Of a DNA stretch of 64,000 bases, positions 45,392-54,877 are shown piece after piece. The translations under genes and the position numbers were made by a program. A model generated the notes under the pieces. It saw nothing but the letters and a program-made list of their open reading frames with translations, made no database searches and had not been told where the DNA came from. The first letter of the stretch is position 1. Every line of letters begins with the position of its first letter. Origin of the DNA: a virus. Location of the stretch: the IMG/VR virus record IMGVR_UViG_3300017917_003612, positions 14,549-78,548 of that record; one strand, given 5' to 3'.

Positions 45392-46843
45392 CTACTTTCC
45401 TAGATTATATTGTGAATCAATCATTTGCTGGTGAACATTATCACTGCCACCAAACAGTCTTCTTGCTGCCACGGTATCTATATTTTTCTGATTAGAGTAT
45501 ACTTCATATGGTTTATAGTATTGACCGTCAGGCAGTGCTTTATTATATGTATCAAAACCTGGTGTAAACCCCATGGCTTGAATAACCACATTCTGAACTT
45601 CTATTTGTACGGCCATATCAGTAGCTTTACCCATGGTATTTGCCAAATCTTTACCACGAGCCACTGCTTCTGCTTTTGCTTTTTCACGCTGTTTCTCTGC
45701 CAGGACTTCTCTTGTGGTTTTCGTTTTGGTACTAGCACCAGGTTCCTGTGTGCCAGTTTTCGCTTCAGTTTTTTTGTCTTGCGTTGCATCCGATGTTGCA
45801 GGATTTGATGCTACAGGTGACGTTAGTTTAACTGGCGCAGCAGGATTGGTTTGAGCGTTGGCTGTTGTTGCCGAAGTGGTAATTGTTTTGTTGACAATGG
45901 GATCAGAAACCATAGGCACAACTTGTGCAACAGGATCAGTTTGGGCCACAACTATGGTTTCCGTTTCTTTTTTGCCAAATATATTTTTCTTGGCATATGC
46001 TTCTGTATAGTTTGGGCATTCTTTACTGTATAATCCATCAATTTGACATTGCTGATTAAAATATGCTTGCGTATAACCTGCGCAAGTAGTCGAATACAGT
46101 GGATTAAACGAACACTGCTGATTTAGATAGGCAACCGCATATCCAGGGCAGGCAGGCGAAAAGAGAGCATTCAATGAACATTGTTGAGTTTGATAGGCGG
46201 CCTGATATCCAGGACAACTAGGACTAGACAACGGATTAGATACACACGGATCAAATTCGTAGTTCATTGACAATGATGGATTTCTTACTTGGGGGCCGTA
46301 GTAACCAGCCCAAAATCTATCATCTTTTCCTGTAAAGCTTAAACTAAAACTGGCAATATTTACTCCCAATATGCTGTTAGCAAATGTTTCTGTACCAGTT
46401 ACCGTTTCCCAATTAGCTCCAGTTTGCCCCAACGACCATGTTTTATTATGTAAAGACAATCCATTTGTACCTGCGAAATTTACTGCTGCTGATAATGTCC
46501 CTCTTGTAAATCCTTGATTTATATATTCCCATGCGTAATTATAACCAATGATATTTAAACCACTGTTTTGTAATGCTTGGCCTAATGCATAGGTATAAGC
46601 AACTGTACCTTGAGAATATCCAAACATAAATGTACCAGTAGTTGTGTTATAGCCAGGTACATTACCACCACTTGTTCCTCCTCCGGTTGATGGCGTTACA
46701 ACAAAACCATTCCATATATAACTTTCGCCAGGCGGCGCGGGATTAACAGTTGTGTAAATCAAGTTTGTGGTGGTGTCGTAAGCATATGACAACCGAGATA
46801 CTAATGCTACTAGGCAAGTTATAATCAACAGAAACTTTTTCAT
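45392..46843 (-). CDS. Secreted protein with four 22-aa Cys repeats
   Basis: Signal peptide; C..NPL.SP.CPGY..AY..QQ x4. Confidence 0.8.
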   Translation of the reverse strand: MKKFLLIITCLVALVSRLSYAYDTTTNLIYTTVNPAPPGESYIWNGFVVTPSTGGGTSGGNVPGYNTTTGTFMFGYSQGTVAYTYALGQALQNSGLNIIGYNYAWEYINQGFTRGTLSAAVNFAGTNGLSLHNKTWSLGQTGANWETVTGTETFANSILGVNIASFSLSFTGKDDRFWAGYYGPQVRNPSLSMNYEFDPCVSNPLSSPSCPGYQAAYQTQQCSLNALFSPACPGYAVAYLNQQCSFNPLYSTTCAGYTQAYFNQQCQIDGLYSKECPNYTEAYAKKNIFGKKETETIVVAQTDPVAQVVPMVSDPIVNKTITTSATTANAQTNPAAPVKLTSPVASNPATSDATQDKKTEAKTGTQEPGASTKTKTTREVLAEKQREKAKAEAVARGKDLANTMGKATDMAVQIEVQNVVIQAMGFTPGFDTYNKALPDGQYYKPYEVYSNQKNIDTVAARRLFGGSDNVHQQMIDSQYNLGK

Positions 46844-47301
46844 TAGTCCTTACTCTTGACTTTTTGCGGAACACGACCGGGGTTGGCTTGCCAAATTTCT
46901 CTTGCTTCTTCACCAATTTTACCGTCTACAGGGCAAGGTGTACCGGCATTCATCATTGCAGTGAACACACGCTCGTCTTGACACAATGTGGCTACTGCTG
47001 CCACTTTCATGCCCATATCAAATAGGGTTTTAGATAGTTTTAGGCGTTCGCAGTTTTTATCTACAAAAGTAGATCCAATAGCAATACCTAAAATTTGTGT
47101 TTGTGCAGCACCACTAACACCCACTGCACATAAGTCACTGTTCATACTTGTGATACCTGGTGCAACTGCGGTTGGTGGAGGGGATTTAATTGTTGTTGTA
47201 GATTCCGTTACACTTCTACTAGTAGAATCTGTAACAATGGGATCAGCAGCATAAACAGTCGTAAAGCACAACAATGTTGCTACTGTCAGTAGCTTTTTCA
47301 T
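46843..47301 (-). CDS. Secreted Cys-containing protein
   Basis: Signal peptide; SPPPTAVAP, DLC, NCERLK, MMNAGTPCP. Confidence 0.8.
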   Translation of the reverse strand: MKKLLTVATLLCFTTVYAADPIVTDSTSRSVTESTTTIKSPPPTAVAPGITSMNSDLCAVGVSGAAQTQILGIAIGSTFVDKNCERLKLSKTLFDMGMKVAAVATLCQDERVFTAMMNAGTPCPVDGKIGEEAREIWQANPGRVPQKVKSKD

Positions 47302-47396
47302 ATTCTCTCCCGGGCATCTTGGCCTCTTGTAAGAGCATAATTGAATTAGTGTAGTAGAAAATGGCTCTTATTTGTATTTAAGAGCAATTAAAAAAT

Positions 47397-47708
47397 TTAA
47401 TCTGCTTGGTTAAATCGCCCGCAAACTATGTCATAAAATTCATCAAGTTCGCCGCCCCATTTACCTTTTAAGTATGGTCGTAAATCAAAACAAAGTTTAG
47501 CATTTTTATCTTTGTTTGCTTGTACAAATGTATCATGCAGTTTTTTCCAATGGTCTAGTTTTACAATTTCTTCTATTGGAATTTTGTCCCCAGGGACCAC
47601 ACAAAAAGTTTCTAGTAACTTGCCTTCAACATCAAATGTTTCTAATTCTAGCACAGTGTATTTTTCACGAAGCTCTTCGGCTACTTGTCTTGAAAAAATA
47701 ATATCCAT
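47397..47708 (-). CDS. Hypothetical phage protein
   Basis: KYTVLELET...GKWGGELDEFY. Confidence 0.75.
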   Translation of the reverse strand: MDIIFSRQVAEELREKYTVLELETFDVEGKLLETFCVVPGDKIPIEEIVKLDHWKKLHDTFVQANKDKNAKLCFDLRPYLKGKWGGELDEFYDIVCGRFNQAD

Positions 47709-48265
47709 TATTTGTTTACACTTTCGTATGTTCTTTTTTTAATACCCACATCTTTATATATCTGTTGCACAGCCCGAGCTTGATAATAACAATCAATTAG
47801 TGCATTATGAGCACCGTGTCTTCCCTTTTCTCTAGGGTCACCATGTACACTAAACAGTGTACGACTATCCCTAATTTGCCAAAACTGCCACGGAGTTGGA
47901 CGACCAACTTGTCTATATAAATCTTCAAGAATTACAATATCAAAAGCAGGGCCTTGGCACCAAATATTATCAGCACCAACCAGAAAACGATTTAGTTGGT
48001 CCAACATTTTGTTGATGCTGATTCGACCACTAGTACCCAAGGCTTCTTCTCTTACATCTTCAGGTTGAGTACCCCACCATGACACTGTCTCATCTTGCAC
48101 ATGCCGACCCATGCCCAATTGTTCATCTACATCAGGTTTTAGATATAGCCCTTGCCCTTGATCCACGTCTCCGTCCCAAGGACTGAATTTGACTGCTCCT
48201 AGAGTAAGAATTACACTCCAAGGTCTGGTGCTCAGTGTTTCAATGTCAAGCATGACATCCATCAT
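47708..48265 (-). CDS. DEDDh 3'-5' exonuclease
   Basis: MLDIETL, WCQGPAFD, RDSRT, HNALIDC. Confidence 0.88.
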   Translation of the reverse strand: MMDVMLDIETLSTRPWSVILTLGAVKFSPWDGDVDQGQGLYLKPDVDEQLGMGRHVQDETVSWWGTQPEDVREEALGTSGRISINKMLDQLNRFLVGADNIWCQGPAFDIVILEDLYRQVGRPTPWQFWQIRDSRTLFSVHGDPREKGRHGAHNALIDCYYQARAVQQIYKDVGIKKRTYESVNK

Positions 48266-48738
48266 TGACTCCTAAGTGCTTTGTCTGCCTCTGCTGCTGC
48301 TACTCTGCGACGAAGGCTACTCGAACTGAATGAATGATCTCTTTCATTGAACACCAATTCAATTTTTCTTGCATATCCTTCTTCCATACCAGTAAAATCT
48401 TTCTCTGCATACTCAATACCTAGTATACGCACATCAATGGGCAATGTCAAAATAATGTCAATCAAATCTTGTTCAGTTTGGTACACAACCACTTCATCCA
48501 CATAGCGACATGCTGCCAGTTGAATCTGCCTTTCCACAATACTTTGAACTGGTTGGTTCTTTGTATCCGGACGGTCAATTGTTGGATCCGTTTGAAGCCC
48601 GGCGATAAGATAATCACAGTGATTCTTAGCCTCTGCCAGCATCGCCACATGCCCTGCGTGAAATAGGTCAAAAGTGGAAAAGGTGATTCCAATCTTAAGT
48701 CCCTTGTCCTTAAGTTCTCGAATTTTATTAAATATCAT
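48262..48738 (-). CDS. Cytidylyltransferase (TagD-like)
   Basis: FDLFHAGH (HxGH), ER..QL..CRYVDEV, RDHSFSSS. Confidence 0.88.
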   Translation of the reverse strand: MIFNKIRELKDKGLKIGITFSTFDLFHAGHVAMLAEAKNHCDYLIAGLQTDPTIDRPDTKNQPVQSIVERQIQLAACRYVDEVVVYQTEQDLIDIILTLPIDVRILGIEYAEKDFTGMEEGYARKIELVFNERDHSFSSSSLRRRVAAAEADKALRSQ

Positions 48739-49049
48739 TAGGTAGCTGGTTCTAGTTTTACATTTAGTGGAAAACCATTGTTGCGAGCCAACAATGTTGC
48801 TTCTACGCCTTTTTGCTCGGCAATTTCATAGGGTAGTGTGCTAACCACACTACTTCCCTCTTCGTGGATTTTCATTGTTATTTGATAAGCAGTTTCTTCA
48901 CTGTGATGAAAAATTGTTTTGAGTGTTTCAACAACAAACTCCATAGTAGTAATATTATCATTTAAGTAGATAACATTAAACAAACTAGGTGGTTGTATAT
49001 TTGTTTTAACCTGAATTTTAGGTTTTACTACAATGTCTGTTTTGCTCAT
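48738..49049 (-). CDS. clpS: Clp protease adaptor ClpS
   Basis: VIYLNDNITTMEFVV...IHEEG...EIAEQK...FPL. Confidence 0.9.
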   Translation of the reverse strand: MSKTDIVVKPKIQVKTNIQPPSLFNVIYLNDNITTMEFVVETLKTIFHHSEETAYQITMKIHEEGSSVVSTLPYEIAEQKGVEATLLARNNGFPLNVKLEPAT

Positions 49050-49062
49050 AGTCTTGTAGATT

Positions 49063-49090
49063 AAAAAGTAGGGGGAGAAGACCCCCTACT
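49063..49090 (-). terminator. Terminator after hsp20
   Basis: AGTAGGGGG-loop-CCCCCTACT followed by Ts. Confidence 0.75.
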
Positions 49091-49111
49091 GTTATTATAT
49101 TACTTATTACA

Positions 49112-49549
49112 TTATTTTGCAAATGTAATTGCTATCTTTTTGGGTTTTTGTTCCTCAGGAACAATATGTTCCAAACTGATTGCTAGAATACCATTTATTA
49201 CTGTGGCACCTTTAACTTCTACATTATCGGCCAAAGTAAAATGACGAGTAAAGGTACGAGCACTAATACCTCGGTGCAGATATTCGTAATCCTCCTTTTG
49301 CTTTTGTTCTCCCTTGATTGTGAGGACGTTTTCTTTGTATTCGATGTCTAGTTCATCCTCAGTAAAACCAGCAACTGCAAGTTGGATAGCATAATGATTT
49401 TCGTCTATCTTTACTATGTTATGCGGCGGATAGTTATCTGCTTTGCTGTTTGCAAAAGTGCGCCCTAGCTCATTGAACAGTCTATCAAATCCAACTGCAT
49501 GGCGATGTAGTGTAGGTAAATCAAAAGTGCTTATTGTGTATGTTGTCAT
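49112..49549 (-). CDS. hsp20: Small heat-shock protein (IbpA-like)
   Basis: VGFDRLF, NYPPHNI, AVAGF, YLHRGIS.R.F...F.LA, NGIL. Confidence 0.95.
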   Translation of the reverse strand: MTTYTISTFDLPTLHRHAVGFDRLFNELGRTFANSKADNYPPHNIVKIDENHYAIQLAVAGFTEDELDIEYKENVLTIKGEQKQKEDYEYLHRGISARTFTRHFTLADNVEVKGATVINGILAISLEHIVPEEQKPKKIAITFAK

Positions 49550-49617
49550 AATATTTTCTCCTTTCTGTAAGCAAGTTATGACGTATATGAGTGTAGACCC
49601 CACTAGGGCATCTACAC
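49550..49617 (-). promoter_or_regulatory. ROSE-like RNA thermometer before hsp20
   Basis: CUUGCUU can pair with AAGGAG leaving a bulged G; upstream hairpin at 49591-49617. Confidence 0.65.
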
Positions 49618-49627
49618 CGCATATTCT

Positions 49628-51514
49628 TTACTTCTTTTCAGTAAAATCAGCATCAACTACATTATCGTCTGTTGATTTTACAGTTTCTTGAGCTTGAGTT
49701 GTTTGCTGTTTTGCCTCTTCAATTATTTTCGTTGCAGCAATTAGATCAGACAAACGAGTGATAATTACTTCTTTATCTGTTTCGGTAATTGCCTTTTCTA
49801 GTTCAGCGATAGAATCATTTATCTTAGTCATTTGATCCTGAGAGAGTTTGCCTTCCACTTCTTTTAGATCAGTTTTAACCTTATGGATCACCGAATCCGC
49901 TTGGTTACGAGTTTCGATCAATTCGCGTTGCTTTTTATCGGCATCGGCGTTGGCTTCAGCATCACGAATCATTTGGTCAATTTGTTCTTTACTTAAACCA
50001 GAATCAGATTTAATAGTAATCCGATTTTCTTTGCCAGTCTTTTTATCTTGGGCACTTACTTTAAGAATACCGTTGGCATCAACATCTAATACAACTTCAA
50101 TCTGTGGCATGCCTCTTGGTGCAGGATCAATACCTTCTAAATTAAATTCGCCTAGTAATTTATTGTGCTGTACTAATTCACGCTCGCCTTGATAGACTTT
50201 GATAGTAACTGCAGGCTGATTATCTTCAGCTGTAGAGAACACCTGACTATTCTTAGTTGGTATTGTGGTATTCTTTTGTATTAGTTTGGTCATCACGCCG
50301 CCCATGGTTTCAATACCTAGGCTTAGTGGGGTCACATCAAGTAGTAGAACGTCTTTTCGATCACCACCTAGAACTGCACCTTGTACTGCCGCTCCTACTG
50401 CAACTGCTTCATCTGGATTGACATCACGACGTGGCGCCCGTCCAAACAACTGTTCAACTGCTTCTTGTACCTTGGGCATACGTGTTTGTCCACCAACAAG
50501 GATAACCTCATCAATGTCGCTGGCTGTGATCCCTGCGTCGCGCATAGCAACTTTACAAGGCTCAATTGAACGTTGAATTAGATCTTCAACTAGACTTTCA
50601 AATTTGGCTCTAGTAATCTTGAGATTTAGATGTTTAGGGCCTGTAGCATCGGCAGTGATGTAAGGCAAATTGACATCTGATTGGTTATTGTTTGATAATT
50701 CAATCTTGGTTCGTTCTGCTGCTTCTTTTAGGCGTTGTAGTGCCATAACATCTTTAGAAAGATCAACGCCGCTTTCTTTCTTGAATTCAGTGATTAGATA
50801 ATCCATTAATCTTTGATCAAAGTCTTCGCCCCCAAGGAATGTGTCCCCATTGGTGCTAAGTACTTCGAATTGTTTGTCACCATCCACATTAGCGATGTCG
50901 ATAATAGATATATCAAAGGTACCACCACCAAGATCATAAACAGCAATCTTACGATCAGCTTTTTCATTTTTGTCTACTCCGTAAGCCAGTGCCGCTGCGG
51001 TGGGCTCATTGATTATACGCAGAACTTCGAGGCCTGCAATTGTGCCGGCGTCTTTGGTAGCTTGTCTTTGACTATCATTAAAATACGCAGGCACAGTAAT
51101 AACTGCTTGCGTTACTTCGTGTCCAAGATAATCTTCGGCAGTTTTTTTCATCTTGCGAAGAACTTCTGCTGAGATTTGCGGAGGTGCTAGTTCTTGGTCA
51201 TTTGCACTTACCCAAGCATCACCATTAGCACTTTCCATAATAGTATAGGGCATTAGGTTGATGTCTTTTTGAACTGCCTGCTCTTTGAACTTGCGACCAA
51301 TCAAGCGTTTAGCAGCATAGATAGTATTTCGTGGATTAGTTACAGCTTGGCGTTTAGCACTAGCTCCAACAAGAATTTCGTCTGAGGTATATGCAACGAT
51401 ACTAGGTGTAGTTCTAGCACCTTCTGAATTTTCAATTACTTTGGGGGTTCCGTTTTCGACAACTGCTACGCAGCTATTAGTGGTACCAAGATCAATACCA
51501 ATGATTGTGCTCAT
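49628..51514 (-). CDS. dnaK: Chaperone DnaK (Hsp70)
   Basis: [33 protein letters not shown]-like linker, DADFTE tail. Confidence 0.97.
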   Translation of the reverse strand: MSTIIGIDLGTTNSCVAVVENGTPKVIENSEGARTTPSIVAYTSDEILVGASAKRQAVTNPRNTIYAAKRLIGRKFKEQAVQKDINLMPYTIMESANGDAWVSANDQELAPPQISAEVLRKMKKTAEDYLGHEVTQAVITVPAYFNDSQRQATKDAGTIAGLEVLRIINEPTAAALAYGVDKNEKADRKIAVYDLGGGTFDISIIDIANVDGDKQFEVLSTNGDTFLGGEDFDQRLMDYLITEFKKESGVDLSKDVMALQRLKEAAERTKIELSNNNQSDVNLPYITADATGPKHLNLKITRAKFESLVEDLIQRSIEPCKVAMRDAGITASDIDEVILVGGQTRMPKVQEAVEQLFGRAPRRDVNPDEAVAVGAAVQGAVLGGDRKDVLLLDVTPLSLGIETMGGVMTKLIQKNTTIPTKNSQVFSTAEDNQPAVTIKVYQGERELVQHNKLLGEFNLEGIDPAPRGMPQIEVVLDVDANGILKVSAQDKKTGKENRITIKSDSGLSKEQIDQMIRDAEANADADKKQRELIETRNQADSVIHKVKTDLKEVEGKLSQDQMTKINDSIAELEKAITETDKEVIITRLSDLIAATKIIEEAKQQTTQAQETVKSTDDNVVDADFTEKK

Positions 51515-51573
51515 ATTTTCTCCTTTAGTAAGCAAGTAAATTTCAGGCCCTTATGGCGCCTGCAATTATTTAT
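51515..51573 (-). promoter_or_regulatory. ROSE-like leader and ATAAATA promoter before dnaK
   Basis: ACUUGCUUACUAAAGGAGAAAAU-AUG; hairpin 51544-51562; ATAAATA at 51573-51567. Confidence 0.6.
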
Positions 51574-51610
51574 CACGTAAATATAATATATTATTATTCA
51601 AGGAAAAGCA

Positions 51611-52585
51611 ATGGATTTTGAGCAAAATATTGTACATCAAGTTTTAGGATTGTCAGCAAGCAAAAAAATTTTTTATAAAAATGATCCATTGTACGAGGAC
51701 ACAGTGCTTGATATACCCAAAGATGCAGAATTAGTTATATTAAATCATTGTTATGCCAATAATCATACTTTACAACAATATAATCTATTGAAAGATAAAG
51801 TTCTAAATAAAGATTTTGCTTTGCTTACCAGCAATTATTGGTATTATAAAAACAAGCACGAAAACATAATTTATTTTCCATATTACTATTTTCACTTTTT
51901 GACATTGCCTTTACAAAAATTTGATATTCAAAATACCAGACCATATTCATTGATGTGTTTTAATTTAAATCCTTGGCTACATAGAACTGTCAATTTACTA
52001 GCAATGAGTAAGAAAAAATGGTTTAACGATTGTAAATTGAGTTTTCACTGGGGTTATAACTTGCCTCACTACAACACAACCAACATAATTACCGATACTT
52101 TGACTCGACTTAGTGATGAACAACGACTTGAATTATCTCAATTCAATTTGCCAATCATAATTGAAGATGATTGGGATTGTAACGGAAATTTTTATGTTCC
52201 CAATACCAGCCATTTCTATAGCAGCACCTATATAAACTATGTTACAGAAAATTCTTGTCATCAAGAATTTATCACAGAAAAAACGTGGAAACCTATTTTT
52301 TCTGGGCAACTATTTTACGTGTTAGGATCCTTAAATATCATAGAGCACCTTAGAGATTTAGGCCTAGACGTGTTTGATGACATATTCAATCATAGCTATG
52401 ATTATGAAAACGATATACCAACTAAAATTGATTTGATACTGGCCGATTTAGACCGTGTAATGGAAATGGATCTAGACCGTGTATGGCAAGAAACATCTTT
52501 ACGTAGAAAAAGGAATCTTGATCTAGTTTACAGTCAAGATTTTAAAAACATGCTAGCAAATGATCTTATTAAAAAAGTTTCTTAG
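51611..52585 (+). CDS. Glycosyltransferase-like protein, paralog
   Basis: VTEN...FITEKTWKPI...FDDIFNHSYD. Confidence 0.65.
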   Translation: MDFEQNIVHQVLGLSASKKIFYKNDPLYEDTVLDIPKDAELVILNHCYANNHTLQQYNLLKDKVLNKDFALLTSNYWYYKNKHENIIYFPYYYFHFLTLPLQKFDIQNTRPYSLMCFNLNPWLHRTVNLLAMSKKKWFNDCKLSFHWGYNLPHYNTTNIITDTLTRLSDEQRLELSQFNLPIIIEDDWDCNGNFYVPNTSHFYSSTYINYVTENSCHQEFITEKTWKPIFSGQLFYVLGSLNIIEHLRDLGLDVFDDIFNHSYDYENDIPTKIDLILADLDRVMEMDLDRVWQETSLRRKRNLDLVYSQDFKNMLANDLIKKVS

Positions 52586-52802
52586 GTAGTTGCTCGTCGG
52601 CCAGTTTTTTCTTCCAACGACGTTTGGCTGCTGCCTTGGCTTTTTTCCTACGAGTAGTGGGTTTTTCGTAAGTTTCTCGTTCACGCAAATCTTGCAGTAG
52701 CCCTGATTCAGCCACTTTCTTTTTGAATTTCCGCAAGGCTTTTTCTACATTGTCGTTAGTTACAATGACCAAATTACCATTAACTTTAAGCTTTTCGTTC
52801 AT
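52569..52802 (-). CDS. rpsU: Ribosomal protein bS21
   Basis: NVEKALRKFKKKV..SGLL...RERETYEKPTTRRK...AAKRR. Confidence 0.92.
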   Translation of the reverse strand: MNEKLKVNGNLVIVTNDNVEKALRKFKKKVAESGLLQDLRERETYEKPTTRRKKAKAAAKRRWKKKLADEQLPKKLF

Positions 52803-52806
52803 AGAT

Positions 52807-53157
52807 CTATTTATCAGTTTTTATTTGTGTTGCAAAATAGTGTAACGGATCATCTATTTTTTGCTGATTTTCAATATAGTTTTTTGGGCCATAATAATAA
52901 GTTTTGCTCAACAAACATAAATCTTGATAATCGTCGGTTCTTGTGTTTATAATAACAGCATGACTTGCATTTACCGCTTGCGACAACCAAGTGAAATTAT
53001 TCATGTTTGGTGTGTAAACGTAAACATTGAATGCTGATTTGCTAAATTGGCAAAATCTTATTACAGCGTCTACTTCTTGCTGTTCTGGATCAACTAATGT
53101 AACTGAATGCAATCCGTTGTTTACAATATCCGGCGGAGTTATTAAATTACTATCCAC
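52807..53157 (-). CDS. Hypothetical phage protein
   Basis: LITPPD...NVYVY...WL. Confidence 0.7.
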   Translation of the reverse strand: MDSNLITPPDIVNNGLHSVTLVDPEQQEVDAVIRFCQFSKSAFNVYVYTPNMNNFTWLSQAVNASHAVIINTRTDDYQDLCLLSKTYYYGPKNYIENQQKIDDPLHYFATQIKTDK

Positions 53158-54817
53158 GTTTTTGTTTTAAAATTTCTTCAATTTGATGTTCTACTTGTTC
53201 TTGTTCGGCTTCACTTAGATCTTCAATTTCGTATTCGCCAGCTTCTAGCTTTTCTATCAAATGTTGGATGTATGCTTGATTATAAGTATAACTGTCTGTA
53301 GTGTTTTTGTCTACTTCAATCCATTTTTGTCCGTTCCATTTAAACAGCCGGTCAGGTAAATAGTCGGTTCTAATAAACATGTCACCTTTCATTGGACTGT
53401 CTGGAAAACGTTCTCCAAAACCACACTGACTGGCTTCGTCTAACTTTTCATTATCTGCTTGTATTGCCATACTAGGATACAGTTTATTAAATGCATCTAA
53501 ATTATAAACTTTACCTTTATAGCGTACGGCGTAATCTGCACCACGACGTATCGGTGTATTAAATTCATCTACAGGAGGTGGCGGCTCTACTGTTTGTTCC
53601 TCAGCCGCAGCCATCGTCGGAACAATTTTTTCTTCCTCTACAGATGATTTGATTTGAGCAATTTGATCTTCAGTTAAAGCACCGTCGTCTTGGGGATATG
53701 CGGCCTGACTGAGTTCTACTAAATCTGATGCCATTTCTTTGTTTTCGTCTATAACACGCTGTGCCCACATCTCTTCATTTTCCAAAACAGGAATATCAAG
53801 ATCTGGTTCTGGTCTTTCTATTTTGGCTGCTTCGGTATTTGCTTGTTCGGCACGATGTTGTTCATCTAGCATGTCTGCTGCCTGTGCAGCTAGCTTTGCT
53901 CGTTCAAAAAATTCATCCGCTTCGCGATCTGGATTTGATTGTTTGCCTACTCCGTTCAACGCTGCAATCTCTTCTTCAGTCCATAGTCGTTGTTCTACAC
54001 CTGGTGGATTGGGATTGATGTTCTGTGCTGCTTCATCATCATGCACCCAACCACCTTTACCTTGTCTTGCCCATTCAAACTGTTTGTTGGCAGCAAGTAT
54101 CAGCGTCAGGGCAAGCGGATCAAAAACAATAACAATAAGAATAATAACCCAGCGTACAGCCCGCTCAAGAATATTTTGATCGGGATTGTCGCCGTATATA
54201 AGAGCAGCAATATATTTGATAGGTCCAACTTCGGCTTCTACCTTTCTAGCTTCGGCGGCAAGTGGTGCTCGCTCTTGTTGTAATTGTTGAATTGTTTTTT
54301 GACTCTTTATGATTTCGGCCTGTAGTGCAGCTCGCTCTTTGGCCTGTTGTTTACGAATAACAACTGCTCGTTCTGTGCCTCGTTCCGAGTCTGTTCTGCC
54401 AAGCATTTGATCCACTTGTGCATTCATTTGCTCAAGTGCCTTCTTGGCCTGCGCGATATTTTCTCGTTCAGTAGCAATCTTTTCATCGTAAATGGCAACC
54501 TTGCTTGTGGCATCGCCGGTCACTAGACTTTGGTCTGAGTGTGCTTTGGATAAGAAACCAAAGATACCCATACTGGTAAGTAACATGAGAAACACAATGG
54601 CCGGAATCAGATAGGTCTTGAACACCCAGCCGGCTCTGTGCCAATTGTTGTGTAACCAAACTGTGGCAACCAATTTACCAGCTTCAAGTGCTCCGCCCAT
54701 TATAATAACAGGAACAACTGCGGCACTAAAGATAGCAGTAAGACCTTCAACTGAATACCATGCTGCAATAGCAGAAATGGTAACAGCCACCAACATGATT
54801 AGTGATCCAAATAACAT
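53150..54817 (-). CDS. Multi-TM coiled-coil protein with acidic C-terminal region
   Basis: N-terminal TMs, TSMGIFGFLSKAH, EVGPIKYIA, VFDPLA. Confidence 0.8.
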   Translation of the reverse strand: MLFGSLIMLVAVTISAIAAWYSVEGLTAIFSAAVVPVIIMGGALEAGKLVATVWLHNNWHRAGWVFKTYLIPAIVFLMLLTSMGIFGFLSKAHSDQSLVTGDATSKVAIYDEKIATERENIAQAKKALEQMNAQVDQMLGRTDSERGTERAVVIRKQQAKERAALQAEIIKSQKTIQQLQQERAPLAAEARKVEAEVGPIKYIAALIYGDNPDQNILERAVRWVIILIVIVFDPLALTLILAANKQFEWARQGKGGWVHDDEAAQNINPNPPGVEQRLWTEEEIAALNGVGKQSNPDREADEFFERAKLAAQAADMLDEQHRAEQANTEAAKIERPEPDLDIPVLENEEMWAQRVIDENKEMASDLVELSQAAYPQDDGALTEDQIAQIKSSVEEEKIVPTMAAAEEQTVEPPPPVDEFNTPIRRGADYAVRYKGKVYNLDAFNKLYPSMAIQADNEKLDEASQCGFGERFPDSPMKGDMFIRTDYLPDRLFKWNGQKWIEVDKNTTDSYTYNQAYIQHLIEKLEAGEYEIEDLSEAEQEQVEHQIEEILKQKRG

Positions 54818-54877
54818 AGAGTGTATTTATAGAATTGTATGACTAGTATACTATACTAAGAGAAGTTGGTCAACGAT

